36,440 nucleotides of DNA from Verrucomicrobiota bacterium (lineage in GTDB: Bacteria; Verrucomicrobiota; Verrucomicrobiia; Limisphaerales; AV2). Below the pieces are notes generated by a model, which was not told the DNA's origin, made no database searches, and worked only from the letters and a program-made list of their open reading frames with translations. The stretch is from assembly GCA_003219345.1 (NCBI GenBank), contig QHOP01000368.1, forward strand, positions 1-36,440, given 5' to 3'. The number at the start of each line of letters is the position of its first letter. Positions within the stretch are counted from its first letter, which is position 1. Made by a program: the position numbers and the translations under genes. This document shows, one piece after another, positions 29,001 through 36,440 of this stretch.

Positions 29001-29148
29001 GGTTGCGGTATTAGCAATCGGACCCGCGAAGCGGCGAAAGAGAATTCTCTTCGGCCGCGATTCTGTCGCCCCTGAAGGTGCCTTTGACGATGGACCATTT
29101 TTTCCCCACGGCTCACGCCGTGGGCCCCTCTGCCGCCACACTGTGGCT
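29001..29148. repeat. REP-like element, family C, right copy
   Basis: 40-bp block 29001-29040 is 36/40 identical to 26745-26784. It is followed by CTGTCGCCCCTGAAGGTGC and the hairpin CCCACGGCTCACGCCGTGGG, which is inverted relative to the 26726 hairpin. Confidence 0.65.
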
Positions 29149-29376
29149 GGTGGCTTGCGCGCCCATTGTCAAAATCCAACTTGCGCCCACCTTCAAAGTG
29201 CCCAAGCAATTATTCTATTCACACAATCGTTTTTCTGCTATTCGTCCGCTGGCATAGATTGTCAGTGCGCAATTGCGGACATTCGTTGTTGAGCATGACC
29301 CGCGGTGCTCGGGCACTCTCAGGCCTGCGTTTCTGCTCCGCCACGACGCTAAAAGTCCAAACATCCGCTTCCGACA

Positions 29377-30792
29377 ATGTCAGACTCCGAGGTAAACGAA
29401 AGCCTGGTGACAGCCGAAACGAGCCAGGGAATGGAATTTCGCGCCGGTATTCTGCGGTTGACGCGGCATCTGGTGGTCTTCGAGGTGTATAACCCGGTGT
29501 TCGTCTTGCGTCTGTCGGAGGTATTGAACAACTTCAAGATTCTGGCAGCGGGCCGCCCTGTTTATTCCGGGCGGGCGGTGGTCAACAATCTCATCAACAC
29601 GGGATTGGTGGTCGTTTGCGAGGCGACGCTGGGAGATTCCTGGTTTGATGTAGATTTTCCCGCACCCTCCGAACTGGCGCCAAAAATGCGCGAGGAGTTC
29701 GATCGGTTCATCCAGGCGACGCAGAAGGCACTCCGGATTCGACCGGAATTCAAGCTGGTCATCGCGGACCTGCAAACGCTTTTGATGGATTTGCGCGCCT
29801 GGCTGGAGCAGGTGGAACTGGGTGTGCGTTCGCAGCCGGCGGGTGACCGGTTGCAAATCGAGCGCGAAACGATTTTGGGATTGCAGGAGCCGATTGTCGG
29901 GACCGTGTTGCCGCTGTTGGAAAAGTTTGAAATGACCGCGCAGGAGGTTGAGTCTGAGGCCCGACCCGCGCATATGAATTATCTGAAGCGGCAGATTCAT
30001 CCGTTCGTCCTGTGCGCGCCATTTATTCATCGCACATTTTACAAGCCGCTCGGTTACGCGGGCGACTACGAGATGGTGAACATGATGATCCGCGACCCGT
30101 ATGAGGGCGGATCAATCTTCGCCAAGATTCTGAACCGCATCTTCCTCAGCACGCCGCCGGTTGAAGCGCATCGAGACCGGCTGGTCTATTTGATACAATT
30201 GCTAAGGGGAGAGACCCTCCGGTCGCTGCAGCGCGGACGACCGACGCGCATTTTCAATCTGGGCTGCGGTCCGGCAAAGGAGATTCAAGATTTCCTTGCC
30301 GATCACGATGTCTGCCGGGACGCGCATTTTACGCTCCTTGACTTCAATGACGAAACGTTGGCTTACACCTCCAAGGTGTTGGGTGAGATCAAGAGGCGTC
30401 ACGACCGCCCCACTCAAATCCAACTGGCGAAGAAATCGGTCAATCAACTCATCAAGGAGGCATCCAAACCACTCGGCTCGCCCGCGAAATACGATTTGGT
30501 TTATTGCGCCGGGCTGTTTGATTATCTGCCGGACCAGGTTTGCAAGCGGTTGATGAATATTTTTTATGATTTGTTGGCCCCAGGGGGATTGCTGGTCGCC
30601 ACCAACGTGGATGATTCGAATCCCTCGAAGAACTGGATGGAATATGCGTTGGACTGGCACCTGGTTTATCGCACCGGTCGGCAGTTCGCGACTCTGGCGC
30701 CGGAGGGGGCCCGGCCGGACCTGGTAACAGTCCGCGCGGTCGGCAACGGAGTGAACATATTCATCGAGGTCAGGAAGCCGGAAAATGGCTGA
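29377..30792 (+). CDS. phcB: PhcB-like class I SAM-dependent methyltransferase (putative 3-hydroxy fatty acid methyl ester signal synthase)
   Basis: N-terminal beta domain SQG...LVVFEVYNP...SEVL....I......Y.GRAVV..LINTGL recalls the Ralstonia PhcB N-terminus (from memory). Also KPLGYAGDYEMVNM, SAM motif NLGCGPA, LLDFN and YDLVYCAGLFDYL; 471 aa. First gene before a TM kinase and a REC-HK gene, as in phcBSR. Confidence 0.8.
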   Translation: MSDSEVNESLVTAETSQGMEFRAGILRLTRHLVVFEVYNPVFVLRLSEVLNNFKILAAGRPVYSGRAVVNNLINTGLVVVCEATLGDSWFDVDFPAPSELAPKMREEFDRFIQATQKALRIRPEFKLVIADLQTLLMDLRAWLEQVELGVRSQPAGDRLQIERETILGLQEPIVGTVLPLLEKFEMTAQEVESEARPAHMNYLKRQIHPFVLCAPFIHRTFYKPLGYAGDYEMVNMMIRDPYEGGSIFAKILNRIFLSTPPVEAHRDRLVYLIQLLRGETLRSLQRGRPTRIFNLGCGPAKEIQDFLADHDVCRDAHFTLLDFNDETLAYTSKVLGEIKRRHDRPTQIQLAKKSVNQLIKEASKPLGSPAKYDLVYCAGLFDYLPDQVCKRLMNIFYDLLAPGGLLVATNVDDSNPSKNWMEYALDWHLVYRTGRQFATLAPEGARPDLVTVRAVGNGVNIFIEVRKPENG

Positions 30793-33457
30793 CACGATAC
30801 AATTGACCCCTTCCGAACTTCGCGACGCATTTGCGGTTTACGAGCGGCAGGTGCGGATCAACAACTACAAGGTGGGGTGCGTGCTGGCTTTGATCTTCAT
30901 GCCGGCGGGTGGCTCGCTCGACTACTTTGTTTATCATGAACACCTGCCCGATTTTCTTAAACTGCGCCTGTTGTGTTCGGGCTTGCTGGCGTTGATCTGG
31001 TTCCTGTTTCAAACCGGGATTGGCATCCGGTTTTACCGATTCCTTGGTTTTCTGGTGGCATTTTTGCCGCTGGCATTCATCTCCTGGATGATCAAGGCGA
31101 CCGATGGGCCCAACTCGCCTTACTACGCGGGATTGAATCTGGTCATGCTCGGCGCCGCAATCCTCCTGCGCTGGACTTTGCTGGACAGCATCCTCGTTTT
31201 TGTTTTTTCACTGGGAACGTACCTGGCTGCATGCCTGTCGAGCGAAGCGCCGAGTTCCCCGGGAATTTTCTTCAACAACTTCTACTTTTTGTTCGTCACC
31301 GGCGTGTTCATCATCACCGGGAGTTGGTTTTATAACCGAATCCGCCAGCGCGAATTTGCCCTGCGCTACGAACTGGACCGGAATCGGCAGCAGCTCCAGG
31401 AAACCAATCGCAAGCTCACCGAACTTGACCAGATCAAGAGCCGGTTCTTCGCCAACATCAGCCATGAGCTGCGCACACCGCTCACGTTGCTCCTCGCGCC
31501 GCTCGAAGCCATGCTGCACCAGCACGGCCGGGTCACGGACCCGGAAACGCGCGGCCTGCTGACCACGATGCACTCGAATGGCATGCGTCTGCTGAAGTTG
31601 ATTAACGACCTGCTCGATCTGGTGCGCCTGGAGTCAGGCCACATGGAGGTCAAGCGCGAGCCGCTGGAGTTGTCCGACTTCCTCAAAGGCCTGGCCAGCG
31701 CCGCGCGACAGGTCGCCGACGACAAACGGATCAGACTCGAAACCTGGGTTGCTCCAGAGTTGGTCTCGGTTCTCGCGGATCGCGACAAACTCGAAAAGAT
31801 TCTGCTCAATTTGTTGTTCAACGCCCTGAAGTTCACGCCGGCAGGAGGGCGGGTGGATTTGCGCGCGGAGAAGCAAGGCGATGAATTCGTCCTGCTGGTG
31901 AAAGACACCGGCATGGGCATTTCGCAAAAGAATCTGCCGCATGTTTTCGACCGGTTCTGGCAGGCGGATGGCTCCGCCCGCCGGAAGTATCAAGGCGTCG
32001 GCATCGGCCTCGCGCTGGTGAAGGAACTGACGGAGGTTCAAGGCGGAAAGGTCACCGTGGAAAGCGAAGAGGGCAAAGGAACGACGTTCACGGTGCGGTT
32101 CCCCTGCGAGAAAGCCGAACCCAAACGGAAGGCGCCTGCGGAGGCCACTGAGGAAGCCGTCGAGGCGTACGAACAAGCGCCGGCCGCCGGCACCGTGACC
32201 TCGGAGGAGTGGCTCGCCAACCTGTATCGCCGCGCCGAGTTGTTCCCCGCGTTGACGCCGGTGCAGGAAGCGGTGCGCCCGGTGGAGACGACCGGTGCTC
32301 GCGACCGCCCCAGTGTTCTGGTGGCGGACGACGAGCCGGACATGCTGCGCTTTTTGAAATCACAGCTCAACCGCCATTACAACGTGATTGAAGCGGTGGA
32401 CGGCCAGCAGGCGATAGAAAAAGCCGCGCAGTTCATACCCGAGATCATTCTCCTCGACATGATGATGCCGGAAAAGGACGGCTTGCAGGCCTGCCGCGAA
32501 ATCCGGGAGCGCACCTCCACACAGAACATCCCGATCATCCTGCTGACGGCGCGGGCGGACGAGGAGACCAAGTTGGCGTCGCTTTCGGCCGGCGCCAACG
32601 ACTTTCTGTCCAAGCCTTTTTCCACGACCGAATTGCACGTGCGGGTCAAGAACCTGATCGAGTCCCATCAACTGCAACGCAAGCTCGCCAGGCAAAACCA
32701 GGTTCTCGAATCCACTATCGACCAACTCAAGGAAACCGAGGTGCAGTTGGTGCAGGCGGAGAAGCTCGCCTCACTCGGTCGGATGAGCGCCGGAATCATC
32801 CATGAGATCAACAACCCGCTCAACTTCGCCACGACCGGACTGTTCACCCTGCGCAAAAAACATAAACACATCGCCGAGGAACATCGGCCGGAGTTCGCCG
32901 AAATCCTCAAGGACATCGAGGAGGGCGTGAAACGGGTGAAGAACATCGTGTCCGATCTGCGGTCCTTCAGCCATCCCAACACAGAAATGATGCAGGAAGT
33001 CAACGTGGCCGAGGTGGTGACCACCGCGCTCCGGTTTCTGGGCAACGAGCTGAAGGATCGAGTGCAGATTCATCAGCAGATTCCCGAGGACCTGATGATC
33101 GAAGCGAACAAGAACAAGATAACCCAGGTGTTGGTGAACCTCCTGCAGAATGCATCGGACGCGATGAAGACGAAGGCGTATGCAAACGAAACCGAAACCC
33201 CGGCCATTTCAATCGAGGGCCGCGTCGAAGACGGGCGGACGGTCGTGGCGATCCGCGACAACGGACCGGGGATTGATCCGGCCAACGTGGACAAAATTTT
33301 CGATCCGTTCTTCACGACCAAAGACGTCGGCGAAGGCATGGGGCTGGGATTGAGCATCTGTTACCGGATAGTGGAGGAATGCGGCGGGCGGATCAACGTG
33401 CGGACAGAACCGGGCCGGTTCGCAGAATTTCTGTTGGTCTTTCCACGGAAAACCTAG
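30785..33457 (+). CDS. phcS: PhcS-like membrane sensor kinase with two kinase modules: ~6TM-HisKA-HATPase-REC-HisKA-HATPase
   Basis: 8-bp overlap with the methyltransferase gene (ATGGCTGA). TM sensor with LDY..Y......LRL and SPYYAGLNLV. Module 1: SHELRTPL, NALKFT, DTGMGI, GVGIGL. REC: VADDE, DMMMP, SKP. Module 2: GRMSAGIIHEINNPL, NASDAM, DNGPGI, GEGMGLGL. Confidence 0.75.
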   Translation: MADTIQLTPSELRDAFAVYERQVRINNYKVGCVLALIFMPAGGSLDYFVYHEHLPDFLKLRLLCSGLLALIWFLFQTGIGIRFYRFLGFLVAFLPLAFISWMIKATDGPNSPYYAGLNLVMLGAAILLRWTLLDSILVFVFSLGTYLAACLSSEAPSSPGIFFNNFYFLFVTGVFIITGSWFYNRIRQREFALRYELDRNRQQLQETNRKLTELDQIKSRFFANISHELRTPLTLLLAPLEAMLHQHGRVTDPETRGLLTTMHSNGMRLLKLINDLLDLVRLESGHMEVKREPLELSDFLKGLASAARQVADDKRIRLETWVAPELVSVLADRDKLEKILLNLLFNALKFTPAGGRVDLRAEKQGDEFVLLVKDTGMGISQKNLPHVFDRFWQADGSARRKYQGVGIGLALVKELTEVQGGKVTVESEEGKGTTFTVRFPCEKAEPKRKAPAEATEEAVEAYEQAPAAGTVTSEEWLANLYRRAELFPALTPVQEAVRPVETTGARDRPSVLVADDEPDMLRFLKSQLNRHYNVIEAVDGQQAIEKAAQFIPEIILLDMMMPEKDGLQACREIRERTSTQNIPIILLTARADEETKLASLSAGANDFLSKPFSTTELHVRVKNLIESHQLQRKLARQNQVLESTIDQLKETEVQLVQAEKLASLGRMSAGIIHEINNPLNFATTGLFTLRKKHKHIAEEHRPEFAEILKDIEEGVKRVKNIVSDLRSFSHPNTEMMQEVNVAEVVTTALRFLGNELKDRVQIHQQIPEDLMIEANKNKITQVLVNLLQNASDAMKTKAYANETETPAISIEGRVEDGRTVVAIRDNGPGIDPANVDKIFDPFFTTKDVGEGMGLGLSICYRIVEECGGRINVRTEPGRFAEFLLVFPRKT

Positions 33458-33517
33458 CAATATCTTCAGAGGGCCAGAGGCTCGAAACGGGCGACGCTGG
33501 TCGGAGGACTCGCGGTT

Positions 33518-34780
33518 ATGGAAAACTATTACGATTACAAGAAGTTCGCCATCCTTTACGTGGATGACGAAGAGAAGTCGCTGAAGTATTTCACGCGGGC
33601 ATTCGAGGAGCATTTTCGCATCCTGACTGCCGCCCGGGCGGATGACGGGTTCAAGCTGGTGGAGCAGCACAAGGATGAATTGGGAGTGCTGATGACCGAC
33701 CAGCGCATGCCCGGCAACAAGGGCGTCTGGCTGCTGGAGAAGACGCGGCAGATTCAGCCGCGCATCATCCGGATTCTGGCGACGGCCTATGCCGATATGG
33801 ACGCGGCCATCGCGGCCATCAACAGCGGCGCCATTTACAAATACGTCACCAAACCGTGGGACCCGCCTACGCTCGAAACCACGCTGAAACGCGCGCTGGA
33901 ATTCTTCATCGTCCAACGCGAGCGGGACCAGCTTCTCCGCGAGAAGCTCACCGTCCTTCACAACATGATGATCGCCGATCGCATGGTCAGCCTGGGACTG
34001 CTCGCCGCCGGTTTAAGTCATCACATTCGCAACTCGCTGGTCGCCGTGAAGACGTTTCTCGATCTGGCGCCGACGAAGCTCAAAGAGGAAGACGTGCAGT
34101 TGGACAGTCTTCACAATCCGGACTTCTGGAAGGATTACTATCACAACGTCCAGACCCAGATCGAGAAGATCAACAACATGCTGAAAGACCTCTGGTCCGC
34201 CTCGGAAAAACCTTCCTTCGAGTTCAAGGACGTTGTCAGTTTGCACGAAATCCTTACGGGAGTGCTGGAAAAACTCAAGGACAAGCTGGCGGCCAAGAAA
34301 ATCGGCGTCGAAGTGCAGCTCCCGGACTCGCTGCCGACGCTTACCGTGGACAAACCCAAGTTCGTCCGGTTATTCGAGCTGTTGATTGAGGACGAAATTG
34401 TAAGTCTGCCCGAGGGCAGCCAGATCAGCATCTCCGCTCAGTACACCGAACGCTCGGGGAAGGATCGGGACGTCCGCGTGGACGTTCAGGACAACGGTCC
34501 GGGCCTGCCGAAGGACGCGTTGCGGCTGATCTTCGACCCGTTCGTCGTCCGTTCCGACAGCCCCATGGAGTACGGCATCAAACTCATGGCCTGTTTCTTC
34601 ATTGTGCACCACCACGGCGGGATGATCATGGCCCAAAGCCACGAGAAGAAGGGCACGAGCTTTATTTTGCGGCTCCCGATCGATCCGAATCAGCGCGTCG
34701 TGGTTGAGGAGAACCAGATGTTCCTCGAGAAAGTTCTCCTGAACGACACCATGTGGGAGAAGCTGATGGCGTCGGACTGA
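33518..34780 (+). CDS. phcR: PhcR-like protein: receiver domain plus degenerate histidine-kinase domain
   Basis: ILYVDDEEKSLKYF, MTDQRMPG, RILATAYAD, YVTKPWD. H-box SHHIRNSL; DNGPGL and IFDPF retained, but the N-box (LLIEDEI) and G2 box (EYGIKL) are degenerate. Confidence 0.7.
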   Translation: MENYYDYKKFAILYVDDEEKSLKYFTRAFEEHFRILTAARADDGFKLVEQHKDELGVLMTDQRMPGNKGVWLLEKTRQIQPRIIRILATAYADMDAAIAAINSGAIYKYVTKPWDPPTLETTLKRALEFFIVQRERDQLLREKLTVLHNMMIADRMVSLGLLAAGLSHHIRNSLVAVKTFLDLAPTKLKEEDVQLDSLHNPDFWKDYYHNVQTQIEKINNMLKDLWSASEKPSFEFKDVVSLHEILTGVLEKLKDKLAAKKIGVEVQLPDSLPTLTVDKPKFVRLFELLIEDEIVSLPEGSQISISAQYTERSGKDRDVRVDVQDNGPGLPKDALRLIFDPFVVRSDSPMEYGIKLMACFFIVHHHGGMIMAQSHEKKGTSFILRLPIDPNQRVVVEENQMFLEKVLLNDTMWEKLMASD

Positions 34781-34908
34781 TCGGGGCGGGAAGACGCGGC
34801 GCGATCACGATTTCGATTGCATACTGTGAACGAATGGGCACCAGTAAGAGCGAACCGCGAGAGTGTATGGATTCACGTTCGAGCAGCAACCGCGGGCGCG
34901 GCGCATTG

Positions 34909-36440
34909 ATGAAGACGATTCTGGTAGTGGCTCAACACCCGGAACTGGGTGAGGCAGTCAGTGCCGCTTTGAACGCGGAGCAGTATCGAATCATCAACCG
35001 CCTCAGCGTTGAGGAGGCCGACCCCCTGCTGCACCACAGCTTGCTGGATGCCTGCATCATCGACGCCGATCTGACGAACGTGCAGGCCGTCTGGATGATC
35101 GAAAAAATCCGCCGCCGCCTGCCCCATTGCCCCCTGGTCGTTTATACCAGCGCCAAACCGTGGGCGTGGGAGGAGGAAGCCTATCTTCACGGCGTCAAAC
35201 ATGTGTTGACCAAGCCGGTTCGGGCCCGGATGTTCAACGCGCTGTTGGAGGGTTTATGGACAGCTTCCCGTCCGGTGACGCCTCCGAATAACACAGGCAA
35301 TACGAGTATGCGCTTTCGGGTTCCGCGCCCCCCGGAGCAAGCGCCGGCTTCTGAAAGCAGCCAGACCACCTTTGAGACCTTGCACGTGCTGAGGGATTTT
35401 TCCGCTGTCCTGACTCATTCACTTAATGCCGAGGGGTTGCTCAAGCAGTTCCTGCTCCTGCTGCGCAAAATCATCGGCGTAAACCGTTCGGTCGTGTTTA
35501 TGCGCCAGCCCGCGCCGAGTTTCGGTGAGAGCCCTCCCGGACAAGAGGACGAGCGGCGGCTTCGCTCCGTTTGCGCCATGGGCCTCTCTCCAAGCCTGTT
35601 GGAGCATTTCGAATTGAGCTTTGAAGCCGGCATAGGCGGACACCTCTTCCGCCAAGGGCGCATCCTGCGGCGGGACTGCGAGGAAGTGCAGAGCAACCTG
35701 GAAATTCAAAAGGAATTTGAATTGCTGGGCGTCCAGGTGGCCATTCCCATCCTCGACCGCGAGACCCTGATGGGAGTCGCGGCGTTTGATGGACGCGTCA
35801 CTGGCGATCCGCTCTCCAACACCGAACTGGAGCTGGTCTTCCACCTGCTCGAAGCGCTGGGACTGGCGATTCGGAACATCTGGCTCCATGACCAGTTGGC
35901 GGCCAACCACGGGATGATGGTCAACATCCTGCATGAACTGAGCAGCGGCTGCGTTGTCGTCAGCCGCGAGCTGGCGATTCTCCACGCCAACAAGACCGCG
36001 CGCAGGTACTTCGCGCGGTCCGGGCGACGTGGCACCGAACTTGAGTTCAGCGACCTGCCCCAGGTTCTCGGCGGCAAAGTTTATCAGGTTCTCAAGACAG
36101 GCACGGCGGTCGCCCCCTTCAAATATTCGCCGCCGGATTCCCCCAGTACAGTTTACCAGGTTTCGGTCATCCCTTTCCAAAGCCAGAACTCGGTGGTTCC
36201 CAACTCGGCGCTCCTGGTCGTGGAGGACCATTCGCAGTCCGAACAACTGCACGGGCTGGAGATGGAAGCCGCCAATCTGCGCCTGGTCAAACATATGGCG
36301 GACCGGCTGGCCCACGAGATCGGCAACGCCCTCGTGCCGATTTCGACTCACCAGCAACTGCTGGCCAAGAAATACGACGACGCCGAATTCCGCGCGTCGC
36401 TCGACACCGCGCTGGCCGACGGCGTCCGGCGCGTCACGCG
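34909..36440 (+). CDS. REC-GAF-PAS histidine kinase, 3' end outside the window (absent from the ORF track)
   Basis: Read manually. MKTILVVAQHPE...ACIIDAD...VLTKP is an atypical receiver; DFSAVLTHSL...VAIPILDRETLMGVAAF...LAIRN is GAF; SGCVVVSRELAILHANKTA is PAS; DRLAHEIGNALVP is the H-box. No stop seen before the edge. In-frame upstream ATGs at 34834 and 34867. Confidence 0.85.
   Translation, partial: MKTILVVAQHPELGEAVSAALNAEQYRIINRLSVEEADPLLHHSLLDACIIDADLTNVQAVWMIEKIRRRLPHCPLVVYTSAKPWAWEEEAYLHGVKHVLTKPVRARMFNALLEGLWTASRPVTPPNNTGNTSMRFRVPRPPEQAPASESSQTTFETLHVLRDFSAVLTHSLNAEGLLKQFLLLLRKIIGVNRSVVFMRQPAPSFGESPPGQEDERRLRSVCAMGLSPSLLEHFELSFEAGIGGHLFRQGRILRRDCEEVQSNLEIQKEFELLGVQVAIPILDRETLMGVAAFDGRVTGDPLSNTELELVFHLLEALGLAIRNIWLHDQLAANHGMMVNILHELSSGCVVVSRELAILHANKTARRYFARSGRRGTELEFSDLPQVLGGKVYQVLKTGTAVAPFKYSPPDSPSTVYQVSVIPFQSQNSVVPNSALLVVEDHSQSEQLHGLEMEAANLRLVKHMADRLAHEIGNALVPISTHQQLLAKKYDDAEFRASLDTALADGVRRVT

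Noticed and set aside
29248-29282. TGGCA... as a sigma54 promoter, and the CGCAATTGCG palindrome upstream of the phcB-like gene
   Set aside because: GG-N10-GC spacing is not met, and a single 10-bp palindrome is too weak to call an operator without comparative data.
35419-36357. 312-aa minus-strand ORF and the many other overlapping ORFs in the track (e.g. 466-1284, 1303-2223, 9380-10222, 25560-26486)
   Set aside because: They are antisense or alternate-frame shadows of well-supported genes in GC-rich DNA and show no recognisable motifs.

Overview
Bacterial chromosomal segment, probably from a Verrucomicrobiota (Pedosphaera-like) organism. That assignment is inferred from the secreted-protein types and repeat families, not from a marker gene. 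The left part (1-24 kb) holds a 5'-truncated CHASE2 hybrid kinase and five very large secreted or surface proteins: an Ig/8-bladed-propeller protein, a protein made of five ~205-aa CBM-like repeats, two FG-GAP/ASPIC-UnbV proteins and a lamin-tail/CotH kinase. This block is interrupted by a PaaX-family gene bracketed by identical palindromes and by a complete IS630 element inserted in a stop codon. The right part (24-36.4 kb) holds a metallophosphoesterase, a PAS kinase, an SDR plus a FadL-family channel, and an operon resembling the Ralstonia phcB-phcS-phcR fatty-acid-methyl-ester quorum-sensing locus. A REC-GAF-PAS kinase missing from the ORF track follows and runs off the right edge. The best candidate for an undescribed system is this phc-like signalling locus: its sensor has two kinase modules, its PhcR-like protein looks like a pseudokinase, and fatty-acid uptake and redox genes lie next to it. 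The window is also rich in REP/MITE-like palindromes, two of which are translated in frame inside one gene. All family calls rest on motif recognition; no searches were run.
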